Shown here: one piece after another, positions 26,115 through 34,758 of the stretch
How positions within the stretch are numbered: the first letter of the stretch is position 1
How the letters are laid out: each line of letters starts with the position of its first letter
Assembly: GCA_963701965.1 (NCBI GenBank)
Contig: OY969695.1
Span: forward strand, 1,472,001-1,536,000
Length of the DNA: 64,000 bases
Source of the DNA: an uncultured Gemmatimonadales bacterium
GTDB lineage: Bacteria; Gemmatimonadota; Gemmatimonadetes; Gemmatimonadales; Gemmatimonadaceae
Reading direction: 5' to 3'
Program-made: the position numbers and the translations under genes
The notes under the pieces: generated by a model
Told to the model about the DNA's origin: nothing
Seen by the model: the letters and a program-made list of their open reading frames with translations, nothing else
Databases searched by the model: none

Positions 26115-26926
26115 GGCGCGGGGGGCTGCTGTGGGCTGTCGGCGCTCTGATCCTGGCCGCGGCGTGTAACCAGCCGGAATCGAATCCCGCTGTCGTCATC
26201 TCGCTCTTCGTCGACACCGTACCCGCGCCGTCGGTCGTCGCCGGCGACACCATGCGGATCGGCGACAGCACGGCGCTGGGCCAGCTGACCATGCACGCGT
26301 TCAACATCAACGGCACGCCGCTCGACGTGCCGATCTCGTGGATCACGCTCGATCCCGCGGTCGTCACCGTCGATGGCCAAGGCCACGTGTTCGCTTCGAC
26401 CGACTCGGTCCCCGCCATCTCCCGCATCGTCGGTCAGGCCACGGACCTGCAGTCGCTGCCGATCATGATCAACGTGACGTTCCGCCCGGACAGTCTGGCA
26501 TCGGACACGGCGGACACGGCACAGCTGATCCGCGGGGCCTGCGCCGCGCCGATCTCGACCCCGCTCATCGCCCTGCTGCTGCACAAGACGACCTTCGGGG
26601 ACACGCTGGACGGGGTGGATGACTATCTCGTGCACTGGGACATCACGGCGCCCGCGAACCTCGTCGGCAAGCAAACCGGAACCATCGCCGACACGGCGTT
26701 GCTGGCCTTCCTCGTCGACGCCTCGAACAACCCATCGATCCTCGACACGACCAAGAACGGAGGCTTCTCGACCCGCACGTTGGAATTCGGGTCGAGTGCC
26801 TTCGCGAAGTCGCGCATGAACGATACGCTCAAGATTACGCTGCAGGCCACGGCCCGGCTGCACGGCCGTATCTTGCGCGGTCCCGTGCCGGTCCACATCA
26901 CGTTCGTCAACCCCACCACCTGTTGA
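26111..26926 (+). CDS. Putative lipoprotein with Ig-like beta domains
   Basis: MRRGGLLWAVGALILAAAC lipobox-like signal. ISWITLDPAVVTVDGQGHV resembles a bacterial Ig-like repeat. ATGA overlap with the ParA gene. Confidence 0.7.
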   Translation: MRRGGLLWAVGALILAAACNQPESNPAVVISLFVDTVPAPSVVAGDTMRIGDSTALGQLTMHAFNINGTPLDVPISWITLDPAVVTVDGQGHVFASTDSVPAISRIVGQATDLQSLPIMINVTFRPDSLASDTADTAQLIRGACAAPISTPLIALLLHKTTFGDTLDGVDDYLVHWDITAPANLVGKQTGTIADTALLAFLVDASNNPSILDTTKNGGFSTRTLEFGSSAFAKSRMNDTLKITLQATARLHGRILRGPVPVHITFVNPTTC

Positions 26927-26930
26927 CCCT

Positions 26931-28760
26931 ATGCGCACGCCCGGCACGCTCAACGCGCTGTTCTTCAATGCGATCGCGCAGTATGACCGGCCGGATGCGT
27001 TGCAGTTCAAACGCGACGGCGTCTACGTGCCGATCTCGCACCGCGACCTGGAACGTCGGGTGCGGCACGTGGCCCTGGGGTTGGGCGCGGCCGGCTGCCG
27101 CCCGGGCGATCGCGTCGCGATCCTGTCCGAGAATCGGCCCGAGTGGGCCATCGCCGACTTCGCGTGCTTGACCGGCGGCTTCACCGACGTCCCGGTCTAT
27201 CCGAATCTGCCCGCCGAGCAACTCCCGTTCATCCTGAATGATGCCGGTGTCGTCGCCGCGTTCGTGTCGACGGCCGCGCAGGCGGCCAAGATCGGCGGGG
27301 TGCGGTCACAGCTCCCGGGGCTCAAGATCGTCTGCGCATGCGAGGGCCCGGTGCCGGGCGCCGACTGCACCTTCGCGGATCTGGAGGCGCGGGGCGCGGC
27401 GATCGACACGCCGGCCGCCGCCGACGCGTATCGCCGGCAGGCGCTCGCGGTCCAACCGCACGACCTGGCCACGATCATCTACACATCCGGGACGACGGGC
27501 GAGCCCAAGGGCGTGATGCTGAGTCACGACAACATCTTCTCCAACGTGGACACCTGTCGGCCGCTGGTGCCACCCGAGGAGAACGCGGTCGTCCTCAGCT
27601 TTCTGCCGCTCTCGCACATCTTCGAGCGGATGGGCGACTATCTCATGTTCAGCGCCGGCGCGTCGATCGCCTACGCCGAGTCGATCGATACGCTCGCCCG
27701 GAATCTCCTGGAGACGCGGCCGACGCTCATCTTCGCGGCGCCGCGCATCTTCGAGAAGGTGTACGCGGCCACGACCGAGACGGCGCACGCCGGCGGCGCG
27801 CTCAAGTGGCGCATCTTCCTATGGGCGCGCGGCGTGGCCGGACGGGCCGTGGATGAGCGGCTGGCGGGCCGCGCGCCGGGGCCGTGGCTGGCCGCGCAAA
27901 ATGCGCTGGCCCAGCGTCTCGTGTTCTCCAAGCTGCGGGCCCGCCTCGGCGGTCGGCTCGCCAACGCGGTCTCGGGCAGCGCGCCGCTGGCGGTCGAGAT
28001 CAACAAATTCTTCTCCGCCGCCGGCGTCCGGATCCTGGAAGGGTACGGGTTGACGGAGACATCGCCCGTGATCGCGGTGAACCTGCCGGACGCGAATCGC
28101 GTGGGGACGGTCGGACGGCCGCTCCCGGGCATCGACGTCTCGATCGCGGCCGACGGCGAGATTCTGGCGCGCGGGCCCAACATCATGTTGGGCTACTACA
28201 ATCGGCCCGAGGCCACGCGCGAGGCCATCGACGCTGATGGATGGTTCCACACTGGCGACATCGGCGAGTTGCGCAATGGGTACCTCACCATCACCGACCG
28301 CAAGAAGGATCTGATCAAGACCGCCGGTGGCAAAGCGATCGCGCCGCAGCCGATCGAGAACATCGTGCGGCAAAACCGGTTCGTCAGTCAGGCCGTCATG
28401 ATCGGCGACCGCCGCAAGTTCGCGGCAATGCTCGTCGTGCCCAACTTCGCTCAACTCGAGAAATGGGCGAGCCAGCAAGGCATCGCCGCCGACGGACGCG
28501 CCGCGCTCATCGCCAATCCGGCCGTCGTCGAGAAGATGCAACAGGAAGTCTTGGGGCACCTACAAGGATTGGCGCGCTTCGAGACGCCGAAGAAAGTCGC
28601 GCTCCTGGAGCACGACTTCACCGTCGAGCGCGGAGAGCTGACGCCGACCCTCAAAGTGCGGCGCCGCGTCATCAATGCGCGCTACCAGGACGTCATCGAC
28701 GCCCTGTATGCGGGCGCCACGGACGAGGGGGCGGCGCACCACGCCGCCCCCTCGCACTAA
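26931..28760 (+). CDS. Long-chain fatty acid-CoA ligase (AMP-binding)
   Basis: IIYTSGTTGEPKGVMLSH, EGYGLTETSP, GWFHTGDIG, DRKKDLIKTAGGK, LTPTLKVRR. Confidence 0.93.
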   Translation: MRTPGTLNALFFNAIAQYDRPDALQFKRDGVYVPISHRDLERRVRHVALGLGAAGCRPGDRVAILSENRPEWAIADFACLTGGFTDVPVYPNLPAEQLPFILNDAGVVAAFVSTAAQAAKIGGVRSQLPGLKIVCACEGPVPGADCTFADLEARGAAIDTPAAADAYRRQALAVQPHDLATIIYTSGTTGEPKGVMLSHDNIFSNVDTCRPLVPPEENAVVLSFLPLSHIFERMGDYLMFSAGASIAYAESIDTLARNLLETRPTLIFAAPRIFEKVYAATTETAHAGGALKWRIFLWARGVAGRAVDERLAGRAPGPWLAAQNALAQRLVFSKLRARLGGRLANAVSGSAPLAVEINKFFSAAGVRILEGYGLTETSPVIAVNLPDANRVGTVGRPLPGIDVSIAADGEILARGPNIMLGYYNRPEATREAIDADGWFHTGDIGELRNGYLTITDRKKDLIKTAGGKAIAPQPIENIVRQNRFVSQAVMIGDRRKFAAMLVVPNFAQLEKWASQQGIAADGRAALIANPAVVEKMQQEVLGHLQGLARFETPKKVALLEHDFTVERGELTPTLKVRRRVINARYQDVIDALYAGATDEGAAHHAAPSH

Positions 28761-28763
28761 CCC

Positions 28764-28964
28764 CTAGCGATCGAGATCGTCGGCGTCGCCGTCGGGGCGG
28801 TCGCGCTGACCGGGCTGATTGGGCCGCGTACCGCCCGTGCCCTGCCCGGCACCGCTCTTGCCACCGCCGGTCCCGCCGCCCTGGCGGCCCGGGTCCGACA
28901 TCGGATCCTTCGCCGGGTTCAGAGGATCTTTAACGGGATCCTTGCGCTCTTTGTTGTCGGGCAT
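28764..28964 (-). CDS. Small Gly/Asp/Pro-rich disordered protein (66 aa)
   Basis: ATG 28964 preceded by strong SD (TTGGAGGGAAGC-ATG). Sequence MPDNKERKDPVKDPLNPAKDPMSDPGRQGGGTGGGKSGAGQGTGG...DADDLDR. Fills an otherwise empty gap. Confidence 0.7.
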   Translation of the reverse strand: MPDNKERKDPVKDPLNPAKDPMSDPGRQGGGTGGGKSGAGQGTGGTRPNQPGQRDRPDGDADDLDR

Positions 28965-29025
28965 GCTTCCCTCCAAGGAGACTGCGTGCTGCTCGGAGGC
29001 TAGAAAGGCAAGAGCGGGACCACCC

Positions 29026-29640
29026 TCACCGCCGAGCCCGCCCCAGAGGGACCGGCCCGCTGGCGTCGCCGATCGCTTCGCCAACCCAAAACGCGTCGTC
29101 GCGCGCGATCTCCGCGATGCGCGCCGGCACCGGCACGGCAACGGGCGCGACGTAGCGGCCGCGCGCCGCCAACGCGGCGACAATGCCATCGAGCGCCGCC
29201 GTGTCCGCGTCGACCGCCGCGGCGCGGAGCGCGCGTGCCGCGACCGGTAACACGCGATCGGTGTACACGATCGACACGCGCTCGCTCTCCACCAGAGGCG
29301 CGGACGCGGGATTGACGACAACGACGAGGGCTTCGCCGATCTCACTGACGCCGGCGGCGTGCGCCGACCACCCGCCGCCCACCAAGACCACGCCGCCACT
29401 GCGCTCGAGCCCCATCATCGCGGCGAGGTGCAACAACGGCGCATCGATCGGAGGTCTCCCAAAATGCATGGCCGCGAACTGCACCGCGCCGTCGACTACG
29501 GCGTACTCGGCTTCGCATACCGGACAACCGAGCACGCCGGCGATCACGTGGCGCCCGCGCGTCCGATCCGCGGCCAGCACGAGCGCCGACTCCTCGTGTG
29601 GCCGCGGACAACGGAGGGCGGGAATCAGATCGAGGTGCAC
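29026..29640 (-). CDS. Hypothetical protein with Trm112-like Zn-knuckle N-terminus
   Basis: LRCPRPH...GVLGCPVCEAEYAVVDG, followed by a degenerate Rossmann-like region (VVLVGGG). Confidence 0.65.
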   Translation of the reverse strand: MHLDLIPALRCPRPHEESALVLAADRTRGRHVIAGVLGCPVCEAEYAVVDGAVQFAAMHFGRPPIDAPLLHLAAMMGLERSGGVVLVGGGWSAHAAGVSEIGEALVVVVNPASAPLVESERVSIVYTDRVLPVAARALRAAAVDADTAALDGIVAALAARGRYVAPVAVPVPARIAEIARDDAFWVGEAIGDASGPVPLGRARR

Positions 29641-30356
29641 GCCGACAGGCGCAACTCGTCAATGGCGACGCCGCGGGGACGCGTGAGCGCGAAGACGATC
29701 GCCTCGGCCACCGCGTCCGCCGATAGCATGGCGGCGCGCGGTGGCACGCCGGAATGCCGCTCCAGATCGATCGCGTCCCACAGCGCGGTGTCGACCGCGG
29801 CCGGCGACACCAGCGTCGCGCGCACGCCGCTGCCCCGCAACTCCTCCCGCAAGACCTCGTGCAACCCGCGCGCGGCGAACTTGCTCGCCGCATAGGCGCC
29901 GTTCTCCGGGAAGGCGATGCGATCGGCCACCGATCCCACGGTCACAATGTCCCCGTGGCCGCGCGCGCGCATCGCCGGCAACAACGCCCGCGCCAGGCGA
30001 AACGGCGCGCCGACATTCAGGGCCATGATCGTATCGAAAACCGCGGGCTCGGTATCCTCGACGCGCGCCAGGGTGAAGGCGCCGGCCACGTTCACGAGCG
30101 CGTCCGGCGTCCCGCCCAACCCCGCCGTGGCCCACGCCACGATCCGGTCGACGGCGCCGGGCTCGGCGAGATCCGCGGCCGCGGACAGCGCCCCGGGCAC
30201 CGCGTGGCGCGAGACGATGGCCACCCGCGTGCCGACCCGCGCCAGCGCCTGCGCCACGGCGGCTCCAATGCCACGAGAGCCACCGGTGACGAGCGCGGTC
30301 GCAGGCGCGATCGCGGGTCCGTTAGCGGCCGTTATGGGCGAGACGGAGGAACTCAT
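29625..30356 (-). CDS. Short-chain dehydrogenase/reductase
   Basis: [19 protein letters not shown] catalytic motif. Confidence 0.92.
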   Translation of the reverse strand: MSSSVSPITAANGPAIAPATALVTGGSRGIGAAVAQALARVGTRVAIVSRHAVPGALSAAADLAEPGAVDRIVAWATAGLGGTPDALVNVAGAFTLARVEDTEPAVFDTIMALNVGAPFRLARALLPAMRARGHGDIVTVGSVADRIAFPENGAYAASKFAARGLHEVLREELRGSGVRATLVSPAAVDTALWDAIDLERHSGVPPRAAMLSADAVAEAIVFALTRPRGVAIDELRLSACTSI

Positions 30357-30918
30357 CGCGCGTCTTCGCGTCGTCGCGAAAACTCCCCCGCAGCGAGCTG
30401 GTGATGGTCTTGGAGTTCTGCTTCTCCACGCCGCGCATCATCATGCACAGATGCTGGGCTTCGATGACGACGCCGATCCCCCGGGGCTTGAGCTCCGTCT
30501 CCAGGGCCCGGGCGATCTGCTCCGTCATCCGCTCCTGCACCTGCAACCGGCGGGCGAAGACGTCGACGACGCGCGCCACCTTGGAGAGCCCGACGATCCG
30601 CCCATTGGGGATATAGGCCACGTGGGCGCGGCCAAAAAAGGGCAACAGGTGGTGCTCGCACAACGAGTACAGCTCGATGTCGCGCACCATGACCATGCTC
30701 TCGTGCGTTTCGTCGAAGAGCGCGTCGCCAATGACCTGCGCCGCATCCATGGCGTACCCACGGGTCAGAAAGCGCAGAGCCTTGGCGACCCGTACCGGCG
30801 TCTTGAGCAGTCCGTTGCGTTCGGGATTCTCGCCGAGGAGCTCCAACTGCCGGCGCACGAGCCTCGCCAGCTCCTGTTCAGTGGCATCCGCGACGTCAGT
30901 CGCGCTCGAGTCGGCCAT
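30322..30918 (-). CDS. folE: GTP cyclohydrolase I
   Basis: [50 protein letters not shown]. Confidence 0.97.
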   Translation of the reverse strand: MADSSATDVADATEQELARLVRRQLELLGENPERNGLLKTPVRVAKALRFLTRGYAMDAAQVIGDALFDETHESMVMVRDIELYSLCEHHLLPFFGRAHVAYIPNGRIVGLSKVARVVDVFARRLQVQERMTEQIARALETELKPRGIGVVIEAQHLCMMMRGVEKQNSKTITSSLRGSFRDDAKTRDEFLRLAHNGR

Positions 30919-30943
30919 AGTGCATATATTAACGCCTGAAACG

Positions 30944-30976
30944 CGAGAAGCTCCGCCTGAGGGGCGGAGCTTCTCG
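30944..30976 (-). terminator. Strong hairpin, probable terminator of the 6S-like RNA
   Basis: cgagaagctccgcc-tgagg-ggcggagcttctcg, a perfect 14-bp stem, followed on the minus strand by cgttt. Confidence 0.75.
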
Positions 30977-31143
30977 AACGAGGTGGAACGAAGAGGGGTT
31001 TTTGAAGCCCTGTCGAATGTATGAGGTCCTCACCACACTTTCCGCCTTCCCCGCACTGGGGCATGACGTCGGCATAGATTGTCGAACCCACCCGGAGGAC
31101 TTATCGGCTCAAAAATTAAGCCTCTCCGCCCCGTCATATTCTG
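30977..31143 (-). ncRNA. ssrS: Probable 6S RNA
   Basis: Minus-strand sequence folds as a rod: gacgggg/cctcgtt, cggagagg/cctcttcg, tttttgagcc/ggcttcaaaaa, gtcctc/gaggac. Contains UGAGCCGAUA and ACAUUC..AGGGCUUCAA, resembling the E. coli 6S bubble flanks. Has its own promoter and terminator. Confidence 0.75.
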
Positions 31144-31149
31144 CACAGC

Positions 31150-31179
31150 AAGCTAACGACCTTTCACAGGACGAGTCAA
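31150..31179 (-). promoter_or_regulatory. sigma70 promoter of the 6S-like RNA
   Basis: Minus strand TTGACT(31179-74)-N18-TAGCTT(31155-50). Confidence 0.65.
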
Positions 31180-31359
31180 TTGGATTTAGGTATCGTCGCC
31201 GCCGTTCTCATGCTGGTGGTCTGGGGCATCGCCGTGTTCGCCATCAACAATGCGCCAGGCTACGTGCATTTTCTCCTGACGGGCGGGCTTTTTCTGCTGA
31301 TCTGGCGCATCGTCGCGCGCGGCGCGCCGTTCAAGCGCTCCGTCAAACCTCCCAATTAG
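31180..31359 (+). CDS. Small two-TM membrane protein (59 aa; lmo0937/DUF5670-like)
   Basis: Below ORF-track cutoff. TTG start; MDLGIVAAVLMLVVWGIAVFAINNAPGYVHFLLTGGLFLLIWRIVARGAPFKRSVKPPN. Confidence 0.7.
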   Translation: MDLGIVAAVLMLVVWGIAVFAINNAPGYVHFLLTGGLFLLIWRIVARGAPFKRSVKPPN

Positions 31360-32317
31360 ACCACACGATCCCGGTGACCGCGCGCGGCTCGGACGCGCCG
31401 GCGAGTGACATCCGGAGATCGGTCCACCGCACCCGCGCGCCGAGCGCGATCAATCGCTGGTAGGCTTCAATGTACTCGCCCTGCACGCGGAGCGCGACCC
31501 GCCGCGTGCCGCTCCGCCGCGCGAAATCGGCGAGCGCGCGCACCAGGGGCTCGAGATCGGCGCCGGAACGGAGCACCAGCTTGAGCACGCGGAGCTCATC
31601 GCGGGACCGGCCCTCGACGAGCGGCGCCGTGTGACACAGGGCATAGCCGGCCAGCGTGTCGCCGTCATACAGAAGCACGGTGTCGCCCAGCGCCAGATGA
31701 TCGGTGAGCTTGAGCTCCCGCGTGAAATCATATCCGGGGATCTGCGACCCGACCAACGCGCGGGCCTCCGCCAGGACATCATCCTGCGTCGCCCGCGAGA
31801 GGCGACCGAGGACCGGCGCCGGCTGCTCCGCGGGTGCGGCATCGAGCGTGAGGGTCAGTGTCAGTCGCCCGGGCACCAACCCCAGGCTGGAGTAGAATCC
31901 AATGTTGTCCATCGTGCGCGGCATCGTCTCCAACCCGATGACGCGCGCGCCAGTACGGCCCAGCCAGTCGATGCCGGCCCGCACCAGATCCTTGCCCAGT
32001 CCGGCGCCCTGCGACTCGGGCCGCACGGCCAGCGGTCCCATCCATCCTTCGACGCCGGAACAATGCGTCATGTTGAAGGCGACGACCTCGCCCCGATCGC
32101 CGCGCCACAACAGCGCGCCCTCGGCCGCGTCTTCGATCGCGTAGCGCCAGATCGCGGGATTCAGGAACGGCACGCGCACGCCGAGCATGCCGTCGCGCCG
32201 GTACCGCTCGGTGAAGGCGTCGCTGAAGATCTGATTCAGCGCCGGGATGTCGTCCCGGTGCGCCGGATGCGGACCGTCCACCGTCCGCACCTGCCGCCAC
32301 GTGCGCACGACGGCCAT
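31343..32317 (-). CDS. GNAT family N-acetyltransferase (two-domain)
   Basis: MGPLAVRPESQGAGLGKDLV acetyl-CoA motif, NIGFYSSLG. ATG coupled to the sbcC stop (TAATG). Confidence 0.88.
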   Translation of the reverse strand: MAVVRTWRQVRTVDGPHPAHRDDIPALNQIFSDAFTERYRRDGMLGVRVPFLNPAIWRYAIEDAAEGALLWRGDRGEVVAFNMTHCSGVEGWMGPLAVRPESQGAGLGKDLVRAGIDWLGRTGARVIGLETMPRTMDNIGFYSSLGLVPGRLTLTLTLDAAPAEQPAPVLGRLSRATQDDVLAEARALVGSQIPGYDFTRELKLTDHLALGDTVLLYDGDTLAGYALCHTAPLVEGRSRDELRVLKLVLRSGADLEPLVRALADFARRSGTRRVALRVQGEYIEAYQRLIALGARVRWTDLRMSLAGASEPRAVTGIVWSNWEV

Positions 32318-34758
32318 TACACGGCCAGGGCCAATGGTTCGTCGCTCTCGACGGGCGCGGTGCCCGGCGGCAGATCCACCACCGACGTCGCGCGCGCTTC
32401 GTCATAGCGCACCGTCATCACGCGATCGAGACCATCGCGCACCGCATCAATGTGCGTGATCACGATCACCTGGTCGAACCGGTCGTGCAGCCGCCGCAGC
32501 AGATCGACGACGTTGCGGCGCCGGCTCTCGTCCAGCGATCCGAACACTTCGTCGAGCACCAACAGCGAGAACGACTGCCCGGCGCGCTCGGCGATCATCT
32601 GCGACACGGCCAACCGGAGCACGAGGTTGGCGACGTCCTCCTCCCCGCCCGAAATCACGGGCTTGGGCACCCCGTCCTCGCGCACGAGCACGTTGTACTG
32701 ATCATCGAGCTCGATCTCCGTGTATCGGCCGTCGGTCAGCTCGGACAAGAATCCGCTGGCCAACTCCGACACTTCCGGGCGGAGTTGCACGTTGAGCTCG
32801 TCGCGAAGCTCCGAATAGGCGCGATCGACTTCGTCGTGCAGCCGCCGTTCCACGGTCAACCCATCGAGCTTCTGCTGCACGCGCTCCAGGGCGCGGCGCG
32901 CGCCCTCGGCGGATTCCAACGCCGCCCGCGCCGCGTCGACTTCGGCGCCGGCGCGCACTCCGTCGATCTCCGCGATCCGGGCGGCGGCGTCGGCGCGCTC
33001 CCACTCTTCGCGTATCTGCCCGTAGGTCGCGTCGTCGAATCCCAAGGCGGCGCGGCGCTGGCGCATGTCCTCGACCGCGGCCACCGCCGCGGTGAACGCG
33101 GCGGCAATGTGCGCGCGCTCGCGCTCCAGCGCCGGATAGCGGTCGACCACGCCCGCCAACCGTGCCGCGCGCTGTTCGAGGGGCGTCATCCGCTCGACCT
33201 CGGCGCGCACGACCCCGTGCCGCGACTCGTCGTACCCCGTGGGAATCGCCGCGAGGTCGGTCTGGACCTTGAGCCGGCGTGCGCTTTTCTCACCGCTGTC
33301 GCGACGCAGCCCCTCCAGCTCCCTGGCCCCGGCCTGCACCTTCGCCAGCTTGCGTTCGAGCGCGGCGATCTCCGGCACCAGTGCCTTCCTCCGCTCGTCA
33401 AGCGCCACGAGGTCCTCAGGGGTCGCGTTGAGTTGCTTGAGCCGACCCTGATAATACTTCCCATCGACGGTGATCGTATCGGACTGCTCCTGCAGCAGAT
33501 CGAGAACGACCGTGAAATGCCCCCCGGACAACGGCCGAGCGCACGTCGGGCACTGACCATTCTCGCCCGCCGCCACCAACCGCTCCCGCTGTTTCTTGAG
33601 GTCGTCCCGTTGCTCCTTGAGCGCCTGCAGCTTGGTCCGGGCCTCCTGCTGCTGCCGCACCCACTCGCTGCGCCGGGCTTCACTCTTGGCCTGATTCTCA
33701 TCCAACGCCAGGCGGCGCGCCGCCAACTCGACCTCGACCGCCGCCGCCAGCTCGGGCGCCGACGCGAGCGCACCAATGCGCTCCACCAGCTGGGCCAATT
33801 CCTGGTTCAGCTCGCGATCCCGCTCCGTCAGCGCCCGCCGCTTCACGTCGTCGCGCGACAGTGCGTCTTGGCGTTGCAACTCGTGCACCAGGCCCGCGTA
33901 CCCGGACAGCTCCGCGCGGAGCCCGTCCAGCTCGGCGCCCGCCACCTGCACCGCGTCCAACTCGCCCGCCACGCGCCGACGGTCCTTCTCCAACCGGTCG
34001 ACTTCACCCTCGGAGAGCTTGATCCCGGTCGAGAGCTCGGTCCAGCGTTCGCGCTCGCGCTGCACGCGCTCCCATTGCGGCGCCACGCCGGCCAACGCGG
34101 CGCGTGCGCCATCAAGGACGGCCGACGCCGCGGTCGCGCGCACCGCGGCATCGGCCAAGCGCGACTCGGCGAGGGCCGCGGCCCGCGCCACCGCCTCGCG
34201 ATCGGCCATGCCGCCCCGCATCCCCGCCATCTCGGCGGCCACGACTTTGCGCCGGTCCCGGGCCAGCTCCTGCGCGGTGCGCAGGCGTTCGTATCCCAGC
34301 ACGCGGGAGAGGAACTTGGCCCGGTCCGACGACGTCATCGCCGCCATCAGGCCCAGCTCCTTCTGTCCGGTGAAATACGTATGAAAAAACTCGGTCCGCG
34401 ACATCCCGAGCCGGCGTTGGAGCAGCTGGGTCACGCCGGTGATCGTGTTGGCGATGGGCGCCGACGCGCCATCGAGATACAGCTCGGCGCCGCTCAACCC
34501 GCGGTCAACCCGGTAGCGATGGCCGGCGAGCTCGAAGTCCAGTGCGACTCGGACGGGCGCGCGGGGACCCGCCCGGTGATGACGGATCGATTCGCGCGTC
34601 CCCCGCGCGTGCCCATAGAGGGCCCACGTGATCGCTTCCAGGATCGTCGTCTTGCCGGACCCGTTCGGGCCGATGATGCCCGTCAGCCCGGACTCGAAGG
34701 CGATATGGGTGTCGGCGTGCTGCCGGAAGTTGATGAGGCGCAGGCTATTCAGCCTCAC
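32317..34758 (-). CDS. sbcC: SbcC/Rad50 SMC-like ATPase
   Basis: INFRQH, Walker A GPNGSGKTTILEAI, Q-loop FTGQKE, long coiled coils, Zn hook CPTC, signature ISGGE, LVLDEVFGSLD, VITH. Confidence 0.93.
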   Translation of the reverse strand: MRLNSLRLINFRQHADTHIAFESGLTGIIGPNGSGKTTILEAITWALYGHARGTRESIRHHRAGPRAPVRVALDFELAGHRYRVDRGLSGAELYLDGASAPIANTITGVTQLLQRRLGMSRTEFFHTYFTGQKELGLMAAMTSSDRAKFLSRVLGYERLRTAQELARDRRKVVAAEMAGMRGGMADREAVARAAALAESRLADAAVRATAASAVLDGARAALAGVAPQWERVQRERERWTELSTGIKLSEGEVDRLEKDRRRVAGELDAVQVAGAELDGLRAELSGYAGLVHELQRQDALSRDDVKRRALTERDRELNQELAQLVERIGALASAPELAAAVEVELAARRLALDENQAKSEARRSEWVRQQQEARTKLQALKEQRDDLKKQRERLVAAGENGQCPTCARPLSGGHFTVVLDLLQEQSDTITVDGKYYQGRLKQLNATPEDLVALDERRKALVPEIAALERKLAKVQAGARELEGLRRDSGEKSARRLKVQTDLAAIPTGYDESRHGVVRAEVERMTPLEQRAARLAGVVDRYPALERERAHIAAAFTAAVAAVEDMRQRRAALGFDDATYGQIREEWERADAAARIAEIDGVRAGAEVDAARAALESAEGARRALERVQQKLDGLTVERRLHDEVDRAYSELRDELNVQLRPEVSELASGFLSELTDGRYTEIELDDQYNVLVREDGVPKPVISGGEEDVANLVLRLAVSQMIAERAGQSFSLLVLDEVFGSLDESRRRNVVDLLRRLHDRFDQVIVITHIDAVRDGLDRVMTVRYDEARATSVVDLPPGTAPVESDEPLALAV

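Noticed and set aside
30977..31143. tRNA, SRP RNA, RNase P RNA, or a riboswitch controlling folE
   Set aside because: No cloverleaf or hallmark motifs of those RNAs. folE has its own -10 box downstream of the terminator, and the features fit 6S better.
30765..31463. ORFs 30765..31091 (-) and 31002..31463 (+)
   Set aside because: They overlap the ncRNA and adjacent genes and have no protein-like features.
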